From NCBI GenBank assembly GCA_937861125.1, contig CALMAY010000037.1:196941-260940 (forward strand): 64,000 bases of DNA, written 5' to 3'. Source of the DNA: an uncultured bacterium. GTDB lineage: Bacteria > Patescibacteriota > Patescibacteriia > Magasanikbacterales > UBA922. The translations under genes were made by a program, and so were the position numbers. Position 1 is the stretch's first letter. Every line of letters starts with the position of its first letter. Positions 1-8,172 of the stretch are shown one piece after another. The notes under the pieces are model-generated. The model saw nothing but the letters and a program-made list of their open reading frames with translations, was not told the DNA's origin and did no database searches.

Positions 1-284
<284 letters not shown>

Positions 285-336
285 GTTTTGGAGTTGACGA
301 AGTTTTGGAAGTAACGAAGTTTACCAAGTAATAAAA
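285..336 (+). repeat. Degenerate 17-bp (9+8) tandem array GTTTTGGAG TTGACGAA x3 between the rpoC stop and its terminator
   Basis: Read directly: gttttggag|ttgacgaa|gttttggaa|gtaacgaa|gtttaccaa|gtaataaaa. Confidence 0.7.
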
Positions 337-368
337 AATCCCTGCACGTGAGTGTGGGGATTTTTGTG
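337..368 (+). terminator. Rho-independent terminator of rpoC
   Basis: Hairpin aatccctgcac-gtga-gtgtggggatt followed by a T-run. Confidence 0.7.
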
Positions 369-438
369 TTTTATACAATATATTTTTGTTTAATCGGATG
401 CGTGAAGTTTTGTCTTATACACAGCTTTGTATAATGAG

Positions 439-1230
439 TTAATCGTTGTAATTTAAATTTTCTTGGTCTTTTGATGTACCTTGAAATGGATAAATTATGC
501 TCAAAAAATCACAGAAATGTTTATCATAAATTTCACCGGGTGCTCCTTGGAGAGTAAAACCAAACTCGTTTTTAAACTCATGATTTGAAGGTGTTGCTAC
601 TAGTCCGATTACCCCAGGAACGTTATCTGGTGAAGGGACTATTGTAAGTTCAATTTCTCCTTCAATTGGACTGTTGTAAATAACTTTTTGAGGAATTGGA
701 TTGTTGGGAGATATGTACTTTTTAAGTATATAAAATCCTTTTATTGCGTATCCATTTAAAGTTTTAGTAGTATCAGAGCTATGTATATATTTCAATTCTG
801 GGGTCAAGATTATATCTTGTGTTTTTGTATTACGACAGGCAATATCACAGCCCCATGTTAAAAATCCAAATACAGGACCTCCGTCATTTATGGAATTAAG
901 TGGAAATGATTTAATACTAGCTCCTTTCGGTTTTCCGTTCTTTTCATAACCAGATATAACTCCAGTTCCAGAAATCTGTGCGTTACCGTCAAAGTGATGA
1001 GTTAACTTAGCCTCACCCGATGTAAATGCTGTGTAGCTTGGTGTCACAGTTCTTATACCATGATACTTTGTGTCAGTGACAACCTTATAAATTAAACATT
1101 TTTTATCTTTTACATTAATTCTAATAAGATCTTTAATAAAAAATCCTCCCTCTTTAGTATAAGAGATCATTAAAATTTGTTTTGCCTGGTTACCTAAGTT
1201 TAAACCTATATATGTTTTATGCATAAGCAA
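439..1230 (-). CDS. Hypothetical protein, AT-rich ORFan (263 aa)
   Basis: Long intact ORF with no family motif I recognise. Hand count is 19/60 G+C on line 661 versus 34/60 on line 2341 (gatB). Confidence 0.6.
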   Translation of the reverse strand: MLMHKTYIGLNLGNQAKQILMISYTKEGGFFIKDLIRINVKDKKCLIYKVVTDTKYHGIRTVTPSYTAFTSGEAKLTHHFDGNAQISGTGVISGYEKNGKPKGASIKSFPLNSINDGGPVFGFLTWGCDIACRNTKTQDIILTPELKYIHSSDTTKTLNGYAIKGFYILKKYISPNNPIPQKVIYNSPIEGEIELTIVPSPDNVPGVIGLVATPSNHEFKNEFGFTLQGAPGEIYDKHFCDFLSIIYPFQGTSKDQENLNYND

Positions 1231-1287
1231 AGATAGGTATATTATCTAACCAATTTTATATGTATCATCGGTATAATCAAGTCTAAG

Positions 1288-1310
1288 ATTCCCGCCTACG
1301 CGGGAATGAC
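1288..1310. repeat. Hairpin attcccgc-ctac-gcgggaat plus gac, resembling the right terminus of the GTCATYCCGA repeat family
   Basis: ttcccgcctacgcgggaatgac compares with tccctcggctacgctcgggatgac at 7710-7733. It lies just downstream of the VanW-like gene, so it may also act as its terminator. Confidence 0.5.
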
Positions 1311-1315
1311 ACCGG

Positions 1316-2116
1316 CTAATCCAATAACGGATTATACATCATCAACGCACAATTCTTCGTCACAAATTCTTTAGCAATAATCTCATGTGTTTGTGTGTCG
1401 ATCACTTCACGAACAATCGTGTTGTTTCGTGAATACGCTCCAAATGGTTCGTGAATAATGTGGTGTTCTTTTTCTATTATGTTGTAGGAGTATGGAATAT
1501 CATGCTGCGCGCGCCACTCTCCGATAAGGTGGGTATCAGTGAGTTTCAGATACAGTTGAAATGTTTGGTCTGTATTGTTTTGAATTTTGAGATCAATGTT
1601 TGGATATGAGCAGGTGGCACCACTGCCAAATGGCTGGGTGCGGGAAACATCAGGAAAGACGTCATAGCTGTGTCGCCAGCGTTCGGTGATGGTGAGTGGT
1701 GTGTGCAGTGTCATCCAGTAGATAAGGTTGGAGAGCTGACATAGACCACCACCGACGCCGTAGGTCATAGTACCGCAGTAGAGGATCATCCCATCAGCAA
1801 ATCCGCGCCGTTTGGTCGGTTTGCCAATAGATTTCCAGTATGAAAATGTTTCACCTGGCTTGATGATAAGACCGTCTATTGTGTCGATGGCAAGTGCGAG
1901 GTTTTTGATTTTATTTTCTTGCATTTGTTCGGGCACATTGGCGAGTGGGCGGCGGAGAGGAGTGCTATGTTGGTAGATTGTTGTGGGGAGTTGATCTGTT
2001 GTTTGGTTGGTTGCAAATGGAGTGTAAGCAAAAAACCAAGACAGGTGTGTTTTGGTGGTGTAGTAGAGTTGTCCGAGTGCACGACGAAGAGGGGAACGAT
2101 GGATGGGTTGTTGCAT
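1316..2116 (-). CDS. VanW-family protein
   Basis: GGGLCQLSNLIYW and the surrounding C-terminal region match my memory of the VanW domain signature. Not verified by search. Confidence 0.65.
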   Translation of the reverse strand: MQQPIHRSPLRRALGQLYYTTKTHLSWFFAYTPFATNQTTDQLPTTIYQHSTPLRRPLANVPEQMQENKIKNLALAIDTIDGLIIKPGETFSYWKSIGKPTKRRGFADGMILYCGTMTYGVGGGLCQLSNLIYWMTLHTPLTITERWRHSYDVFPDVSRTQPFGSGATCSYPNIDLKIQNNTDQTFQLYLKLTDTHLIGEWRAQHDIPYSYNIIEKEHHIIHEPFGAYSRNNTIVREVIDTQTHEIIAKEFVTKNCALMMYNPLLD

Positions 2117-2117
2117 A

Positions 2118-2315
2118 TTACTTTTTTGACCGATAATGCAGCCGGAGCGTCTTCAATCGTGCGTCCATTTGATCCGGTGTGATTGTGCCTGTCAATAATT
2201 CTGTCCGCACTAATCGTGCAATGGCGCTGTCAACAATAATTTCTTCAGCTATATCTCTTTTTTGAGATGATGTAGACTCAGGTGTCTGTCGTGGTGTATA
2301 GCGTCGTTCTGTCAT
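2118..2315 (-). CDS. Small hypothetical protein (65 aa)
   Basis: Tightly packed between gatB (stop at 2317) and the VanW-like gene. No recognisable motif. Confidence 0.35.
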   Translation of the reverse strand: MTERRYTPRQTPESTSSQKRDIAEEIIVDSAIARLVRTELLTGTITPDQMDARLKTLRLHYRSKK

Positions 2316-2316
2316 A

Positions 2317-3864
2317 TTATCTCAGCTTCTCCTTCAAAATCTCCTCAATCACCACCGGATCCGCCGATCCTTCGCTTGCTTTCATCGCCATCCCTTTGAG
2401 GAATTGGAGGAGAGGAGTTTTGCCGGCACGGTACTGTGCGACTTGGTCTGGATAGCTAGTGATAACATTGTCTACAATTGATTCGAGAACTGCTGTATCA
2501 CCAACTTGACCATAACCTTTTTCCTCCATGATGTGTGTTGGGTCTGCGTTTTTGCCAGAGGAGAGCATGTCGATGAGGAGTTTCTGGGCGTTGGTTGAGT
2601 TGATTTTTTTGGTGTAAATGAGAGCGATAAACTCAGCAAAGTTTTCTGGTGAAATCGCGAGGGTCTCAATCGTGATATTTGTCTCATTCATGGCACCAAT
2701 CAGTTTGCTGGTGAGCCAGTTGCCTACTGTGCGAGCGACGTCATTGCGACGGAGTGAGCATTCGTCTTCTGTACAACTTTCTCCTTTGGAGAGTTCGTCA
2801 ATCCAGGATGTTGCCTCGCTCATTACTGCTTCGGTAAAATTGGCCCACAGCGCGTCTTCGGTGAGGAAACGTGCGTCGGCATATGAAAGGCCGTATTCGT
2901 CGCGGAAACGGGCTCTGCGCGCCTGTGGGAGCTCAGGAAGAGTGAGGTCTCCTGCCAACATCAGTGGGTGAAATGGAGGAATATCTGGTTCAGGGAAATA
3001 GCGGTAGTCAGCTGCTGTTTCTTTGGCACGCTGGGAGACTGTCTCTCCCGTACTATCGTTATATCCACGAGTTTCTTGGACAATCATTTTACCAGCCTCA
3101 AGTGCTTTGGTTTGGCGTTCTGTCTCAAAGAGAATTGCTTTTTCGACGCTCTTGAATGAGTTGATATTTTTGACTTCCACCTTATTATTTAGTTTGTAAT
3201 CTCCCAGTGGTTTGACGATGCCGTCAACAATTTCAAAACGACCCGTCTCTTGGAGAGAGATGTTTACTTCACAGCGCATGTGGCCTTTTTCCATATCTGC
3301 GTCTGATGCATCGAGTGCGCGTAGTAGTGTTCTGAGTTCCTGACAAAATGTCTTGGCTTCGAGTGCTGTTTTGAAATCAGGGTCAGTAACGATCTCAAGG
3401 AGTGGTGCACCAGAGCGGTTGAAATCAACAAGTGTGCTTTTGTCAGTACCATGTGTGAGTTTGGCGGTGTCTTCCTCGAGGTGGGCACGGGTGATACCAA
3501 TCACGGCAGTGTCGCGGATGTTGTCCTCAAGAGGAAAAAAGAGGGTAAAGTTGCCATGTTCAGCGATTGGTTCATCGTACTGTGATATCTGGTATCCTTT
3601 TGGGAGGTCAGGGTAAAAGTAGTGTTTGCGGTCAAATTTAGAAAGTTCACGAATCGAACAGTTGAGTGCTTTACCTACCAAAACTCCTAGGCGCATCGCC
3701 TCACGGTTTGGGACGGGGAGTGTGCCTGGGTGAGCGAGACAGATTGGGCAGATGTTGGTATTTGGTACTGTCTCATCTGCATCATTTTTGCAACGACAAA
3801 ACATCTTGGAAGCAGTTTTGAGCTCCACGTGGATTTCCATGCCGATGATTGGGGTATAGGACAT
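2317..3864 (-). CDS. gatB: Asp-tRNA(Asn)/Glu-tRNA(Gln) amidotransferase subunit B
   Basis: MSYTPIIGMEIHVELKTASKMFCRC... is the typical GatB N-terminus. Start trimmed to the ATG at 3864; the ORF track begins at a GTG at 3876. Confidence 0.9.
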   Translation of the reverse strand: MSYTPIIGMEIHVELKTASKMFCRCKNDADETVPNTNICPICLAHPGTLPVPNREAMRLGVLVGKALNCSIRELSKFDRKHYFYPDLPKGYQISQYDEPIAEHGNFTLFFPLEDNIRDTAVIGITRAHLEEDTAKLTHGTDKSTLVDFNRSGAPLLEIVTDPDFKTALEAKTFCQELRTLLRALDASDADMEKGHMRCEVNISLQETGRFEIVDGIVKPLGDYKLNNKVEVKNINSFKSVEKAILFETERQTKALEAGKMIVQETRGYNDSTGETVSQRAKETAADYRYFPEPDIPPFHPLMLAGDLTLPELPQARRARFRDEYGLSYADARFLTEDALWANFTEAVMSEATSWIDELSKGESCTEDECSLRRNDVARTVGNWLTSKLIGAMNETNITIETLAISPENFAEFIALIYTKKINSTNAQKLLIDMLSSGKNADPTHIMEEKGYGQVGDTAVLESIVDNVITSYPDQVAQYRAGKTPLLQFLKGMAMKASEGSADPVVIEEILKEKLR

Positions 3865-3893
3865 ATTGATAAGCACTATTATGAAGTTTTTTT

Positions 3894-4026
3894 GTCATTC
3901 CGACCGAAACGACCGGAGGGAGTGAAGTGGAGGAATCGCTTTCTTATATCTGATTTAGCTGGAACGAAGTGAAAAGAAGTATTGCGACTTACGAAAGGGG
4001 TCCCTCGACTTCGCTCGGGATGATAA
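3894..4026. mobile_element. MITE-like repeat, copy 1 (about 133 bp, imperfect terminal inverted repeats GTCATTCCGA.../...TCGGGATGA)
   Basis: Near-identical over most of its length to 7605..7733. The termini are reverse complements of each other. Confidence 0.75.
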
Positions 4027-4059
4027 TTGTAGGTGAATTGTACCACCCAAAAACCAAAA

Positions 4060-4090
4060 AGAAAAGCCCACCAGTGAGGTGGGTTTTTCG
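4060..4090 (-). terminator. Terminator after the membrane-protein gene (hairpin cccacc-agtga-ggtggg with flanking A/T runs)
   Basis: Stem 4067-4072 / 4078-4083. A T-rich run follows on the minus strand. Confidence 0.6.
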
Positions 4091-4100
4091 AACAAATGTC

Positions 4101-4865
4101 TTAATTTTGTGGTGCAACTGGAGTCGCTACTGGGTTGTTTTTGAACTCGTGGTACGCCAAGATAAATGGAATACTGTAGAGTGGGGTAAGGATAATAGTG
4201 GTAGCGAGACTCAAAAGGGTAGTGATGATAGTAACTATTACATTGTCTGGTGCAATTGATGATGGGATGTTGACGATACCTGAGATGACCATGCCGATGA
4301 TCATAAAGACAAACGATGGGGCAAGGATATACCACAATACTTGAAACCAGCGACCCATCACAAGTGATTTACTGTAGGTGAGCGCTTCTTTTGTCTTTTT
4401 GCCCTCTAGTGCGACTGCGGTTGGGGCAAATGAAAACCAGATAGAAAAGATAATACCAGGGATAATGAGTAACAATAATCCTCCAAGTGAAATAAGTGGT
4501 GTGACGATAGAGATAAGAAGGACTGACCAAAAGATCGGTCGCACATCACCGAGCTCTTTGGCAATAGATTCTGGCTGTGTTTTCATGATTGTTTTGTTGA
4601 TGACACGAGCAAATGCAGCGCCAACGAATGTAGAGAATACAATCGAGGCGATCATGATGAGCCCTAAAACAGCAAAATAGAGTGGATTTGCTTGGGCGAT
4701 TTCTCTCCATCCGATCATTTTAAATCCAAAAATGGTAACCACTGCAGTAGCTATAGAGATACCAATCGAGATGAGGTTGATCAAAATACTGTATGGAACG
4801 TATGTTTTGATGTGAGTTTTGTAGGTACTAATAGTTTCTTGGATAATGTCGCTAACAGTTTTCAT
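4101..4865 (-). CDS. Multi-pass membrane protein, function unknown
   Basis: Several long hydrophobic segments in the translation. Confidence 0.6.
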   Translation of the reverse strand: MKTVSDIIQETISTYKTHIKTYVPYSILINLISIGISIATAVVTIFGFKMIGWREIAQANPLYFAVLGLIMIASIVFSTFVGAAFARVINKTIMKTQPESIAKELGDVRPIFWSVLLISIVTPLISLGGLLLLIIPGIIFSIWFSFAPTAVALEGKKTKEALTYSKSLVMGRWFQVLWYILAPSFVFMIIGMVISGIVNIPSSIAPDNVIVTIITTLLSLATTIILTPLYSIPFILAYHEFKNNPVATPVAPQN

Positions 4866-4876
4866 ACAAAGAGAAA

Positions 4877-5581
4877 TTATGAGTGAATGTGTTGAGTAAG
4901 AAATGATTGAGCTATTTGTTTCATTATATCAAGTTCTACGTCTGCATTCAATATGTGTACAGTCGTTCCTCGGGAGGTAAAGTGTGATTGATAGTCTGGG
5001 GAAAGAAATTGATTTCGTGCAAGTGTGAGAAATTCTTGGTGTTCAAACTTGGCATTATCGTCTTTTTCAAATCTACTAGCTAGACGTTTGAGTGCGGTCT
5101 CTGGCGGAATGTCTGAAATAACAAGGTAATCAGGTGCATGTGTGAGTGTCAGTGCATTACCTCTGAGTCCTGCTATATAGCTCATCGCTAGTCCAGTTTC
5201 ACCGAGGCTTTGGTAACAGAGCGAGGTGGAGATGCCACGATCCTGGATAATGTGCACACCTTTTACACGAAGCGGAATCAGTAATCGTGTGTAGAGAATT
5301 TCACGATCGAGTGAAAATGCGTCAGCGATAGTTTCTGTCTGATATGAAGCATCTTTTGAAATCAACTCAGATCGAATCGCTGCGCCAACCCACGCATGTG
5401 TTGGTTCTGCAGAAAATACCACCTGCACATCACCAATTTCTGCTAGAGTTGGGAGTCTTTTTTCTGTTTTACAAAATGCAGTGATATCAAAACAGGTATG
5501 AGTTTTTTGGAGCGTTTCTTTCCAGGTAGACATGATAGTACTTTTGCCAGATCCATCGATACCGTCGATCATGATAAACAT
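4877..5581 (-). CDS. tmk: Thymidylate (dTMP) kinase-family protein
   Basis: P-loop MFIMIDGIDGSGKST and QDRGISTSLCYQ (DRY..S..AYQ-like). Start trimmed to the ATG at 5581. Confidence 0.7.
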   Translation of the reverse strand: MFIMIDGIDGSGKSTIMSTWKETLQKTHTCFDITAFCKTEKRLPTLAEIGDVQVVFSAEPTHAWVGAAIRSELISKDASYQTETIADAFSLDREILYTRLLIPLRVKGVHIIQDRGISTSLCYQSLGETGLAMSYIAGLRGNALTLTHAPDYLVISDIPPETALKRLASRFEKDDNAKFEHQEFLTLARNQFLSPDYQSHFTSRGTTVHILNADVELDIMKQIAQSFLTQHIHS

Positions 5582-5612
5582 ATGTTGAAAATTCAAAGAT
5601 ACAAGAAACAAG

Positions 5613-5664
5613 TTACTAACTAACTAACTAACTAACTAACTTGTGAACTTACTAACTGTCTAAC
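5613..5664. repeat. Tetranucleotide (TAAC)n / 8-bp periodic array
   Basis: ttac taac taac taac taac taac taac ttgtgaac ttactaac tgtctaac, lying between the folA stop and the tmk start. Confidence 0.85.
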
Positions 5665-6130
5665 TTCTTTCATACCTCACAAACGCAAATCCATCATGAT
5701 CATCTCGTGACACTTCCTTCCACACACTTAAATCAATCTTTGGAAAAAACGCGTCACCATCTACTGTTTGGTTGATATGTGTAATTTCAAGTGCATCCGC
5801 TTGATCAATCGTCTGTTTGTACAATTCCGCGCCGCCGATAATGAAAACATCTTCATTGTGTAATTGTGCAAACGCATCTTCTGTTGAAGAAAAAGTTAGG
5901 ACATTATCTGGTACGACGTAGTCAGTCTGTCGTGTGATCACAACATTTTGTCGATTGGGGAGTGGGCGAAACTTTTCTGGTAGTGACTCCCATGTTTTGC
6001 GACCCATCACTACTGTTTTGTGTGTGGTGAGTTCTTTGAAATGCTTGAGATCCTCTGGGATATGCCAAGGCAGTGTACCGTTGTGACCGATACAGTTATT
6101 TTGGGCGATGCCTGCGATGAGGGTAATCAT
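5660..6130 (-). CDS. folA: Dihydrofolate reductase
   Basis: MITLIAGIAQNNCIGHNGTLPWHIPEDLKHFKELTTHKTVVMGRKTWESLP is the canonical DHFR N-terminus. Confidence 0.9.
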   Translation of the reverse strand: MITLIAGIAQNNCIGHNGTLPWHIPEDLKHFKELTTHKTVVMGRKTWESLPEKFRPLPNRQNVVITRQTDYVVPDNVLTFSSTEDAFAQLHNEDVFIIGGAELYKQTIDQADALEITHINQTVDGDAFFPKIDLSVWKEVSRDDHDGFAFVRYERS

Positions 6131-6708
6131 ATGTCTTTATTTACTTCTTTTATTGTTTTTTCTATTTTAATTGGTCCAATGCCTCTTTCCCACATGGTAG
6201 GAATTTTATTGATAGAGTAGTATTCACTAGCAACCGCTGCGTATATTATACAGTCTGTATTTTTTTGTGACTCAAAACTATAAAGAATAAGTGTTTTTGC
6301 AATATTGATTAGTATATTTTCAATATGGTTGTACGTATTTTCTTTTAGACCATAATCTATGTTTAAAACAAAATCACCATCTAATCTATTTAGATTTAAT
6401 GTAATTTGTTCTGTTGATTTTCCAGCATTTTCTGTGTCTAAGAAAAAAGGTTCATATAAAAAATCTTTATACAAGGAATTTATTTTTTCATAATCTTTTT
6501 TTTCCATTAGTACACCCAAAAGCTTTGTAAAAATACTAATTTCAGATAATAATTTTTTTATTTTTTCTTTGTCTTTTATAGAAATAATAATACTGTCTAA
6601 AAAATAAATAAAAATTATGGGTAATTTATCATATTCCTTTGAGGGAAAAATAAAATGAATACCTAGTCCAGAATCAAGAATACCTATTTTTAAACTAGTG
6701 TTGTTCAT
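6127..6708 (-). CDS. Hypothetical protein, very AT-rich ORFan inserted between thyA and folA
   Basis: Intact ORF. Start trimmed to MNNTSLKIG (ATG at 6708). Its TGA stop overlaps the folA ATG (ATGA at 6127-6130). G+C is 9/60 on line 6541 and 13/60 on line 6361. Confidence 0.6.
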   Translation of the reverse strand: MNNTSLKIGILDSGLGIHFIFPSKEYDKLPIIFIYFLDSIIISIKDKEKIKKLLSEISIFTKLLGVLMEKKDYEKINSLYKDFLYEPFFLDTENAGKSTEQITLNLNRLDGDFVLNIDYGLKENTYNHIENILINIAKTLILYSFESQKNTDCIIYAAVASEYYSINKIPTMWERGIGPIKIEKTIKEVNKDI

Positions 6709-6718
6709 ATAAATAGTT

Positions 6719-7591
6719 TTACACCGCAATTGGAAATTCAATCTTCGGGTAACTTTCATATCCGACTACCTTACTATCCTCAGCCTTCCAGTCAAAGATG
6801 GAGGTAAATGGTTCTGTGATTATCTGTGGAAGTGGGTATTGGTTTGGATCACGTGAGAGGAACTCCTGTACTCCGTCCATATGATTGCTATACACATGAA
6901 CATCAGCGAGAAAGCCAACCAGTTTTCCTTCTTTGAGTCCCGTTTCTTTGGCGAGGAGGTGGAGGAGGAGACCATAGCTAGCAATGTTGAACGGCAGTCC
7001 AAGCATAGTGTCGACAGAGCGCTGGTTCCATAGGAGGTTGAGATGTCCATCGATCACAGTGACTTGAAATCCGTAGTGACATGGAGGAAGTGCCATCTCA
7101 GAGAGTTGGTTTGGGTTCCATGCCATCACAATCATGCGACGATCAAATGGGTTTGATTTTATTTTTTCAACCATTGCTTTGAACTGGTCAATTCCTGCGT
7201 TAGTATAGTCACTATCGTATGATGCGTATGGTGCATTGAAATGGCGCCATTGAAATCCGTATACTGGACCAAGGTCGCGTTCTGCAAGCATCTTTGCTTT
7301 GGTTTCTTCGTCATGACCGTATGGTACTTTTTTTGGAGAGCACCATTCATCCCAGATGTGATTGTTTCTCTCTTTGAGCCATTCTTTGTCTGTGTTGCCA
7401 CTGATAAACCACTGGAGTTCTGTCGCAATCAGTTTGAATGGTGTTTTTTTGGTGGTGAGGAGCGGAAAACCTGTCTGCATGTCATGTTCAAACATGGCTC
7501 CTGCAATCGCAATAGTCCCTGTGCCAGTTCGGTCTTGTTTTTCTTTTCCTTCTGTAATAATTTTTTGGACGATGTTGTGATAGGATTGCAT
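6719..7591 (-). CDS. thyA: Thymidylate synthase (ThyA type)
   Basis: MQSYHNIVQKIITEGKEKQDRTGTGTIAIAG aligns from residue 1 with E. coli ThyA ([26 protein letters not shown]). An alternative upstream ATG at 7609 lies inside the repeat terminus. Confidence 0.9.
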   Translation of the reverse strand: MQSYHNIVQKIITEGKEKQDRTGTGTIAIAGAMFEHDMQTGFPLLTTKKTPFKLIATELQWFISGNTDKEWLKERNNHIWDEWCSPKKVPYGHDEETKAKMLAERDLGPVYGFQWRHFNAPYASYDSDYTNAGIDQFKAMVEKIKSNPFDRRMIVMAWNPNQLSEMALPPCHYGFQVTVIDGHLNLLWNQRSVDTMLGLPFNIASYGLLLHLLAKETGLKEGKLVGFLADVHVYSNHMDGVQEFLSRDPNQYPLPQIITEPFTSIFDWKAEDSKVVGYESYPKIEFPIAV

Positions 7592-7604
7592 ATGTTTTAT
7601 AATT

Positions 7605-7733
7605 GTCATTCCGATTGGAACGACTGAAAGGAGTGAAATGGAGGAATCGCTTTCTTATAAATAATTTAGCTAGAACGAAGTGAATAGTAATGAGAAACTT
7701 ATGAAAGGGATCCCTCGGCTACGCTCGGGATGA
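7605..7733. mobile_element. MITE-like repeat, copy 2
   Basis: gtcattccgattggaacgactgaaaggagtgaaatggaggaatcgctttcttata...cgctcgggatgac matches copy 1 at 3894..4026. Confidence 0.75.
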
Positions 7734-7743
7734 CAGGTGTGCG

Positions 7744-8172
7744 CTAAAATATTCCAGTACTCCCAAACCTTCCTTCGCCTCGTTCACTTTCTGAAAGTTC
7801 GTCTACTTCCACTAAATTGGCGTGAATAATAGGGAGAATAACCACCTGCCCAATTTTCTGCCCTTTTTGAATTGTCTGTGATGTGTCTCCCATGTTGAAC
7901 AATCCAACATTGTATTCACCACGGTAGCCTGCGTCAAAAACGCCACCAAAATTTTTGAGTCCTAGTTTGGTAGAAACACTGCTTTTGTCCATGACAAACG
8001 CACCATATCCTTCTGGAAATTCCAGGGCAAAGCCGGTCATAAATACTTTGCGTTCACCTGGTGCAATCACAGTATCTTCTTCGCAGGAATACATATCCAT
8101 ACCTACATCGCCTGGGAGTGCGTAAGAGGGGAGTTTTGCATCTGGTCGGAGGCGTTTAACCTTGATATCCAT
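7744..8172 (-). CDS. dut: dUTP diphosphatase
   Basis: MDIKVKRLRPDAKLPSYALPGDVGMDMYS...RGEGRFGSTG. Start trimmed to M28 of the ORF. Confidence 0.85.
   Translation of the reverse strand: MDIKVKRLRPDAKLPSYALPGDVGMDMYSCEEDTVIAPGERKVFMTGFALEFPEGYGAFVMDKSSVSTKLGLKNFGGVFDAGYRGEYNVGLFNMGDTSQTIQKGQKIGQVVILPIIHANLVEVDELSESERGEGRFGSTGIF

Noticed and set aside
2118-2315. The small ORF after gatB as a candidate GatC.
   Set aside because: It sits downstream of gatB rather than in a gatCAB context. The sequence (MTERRYTPRQTPESTSSQKRDIAEEII...) does not resemble the GatC pattern I remember. It is kept as a hypothetical protein.
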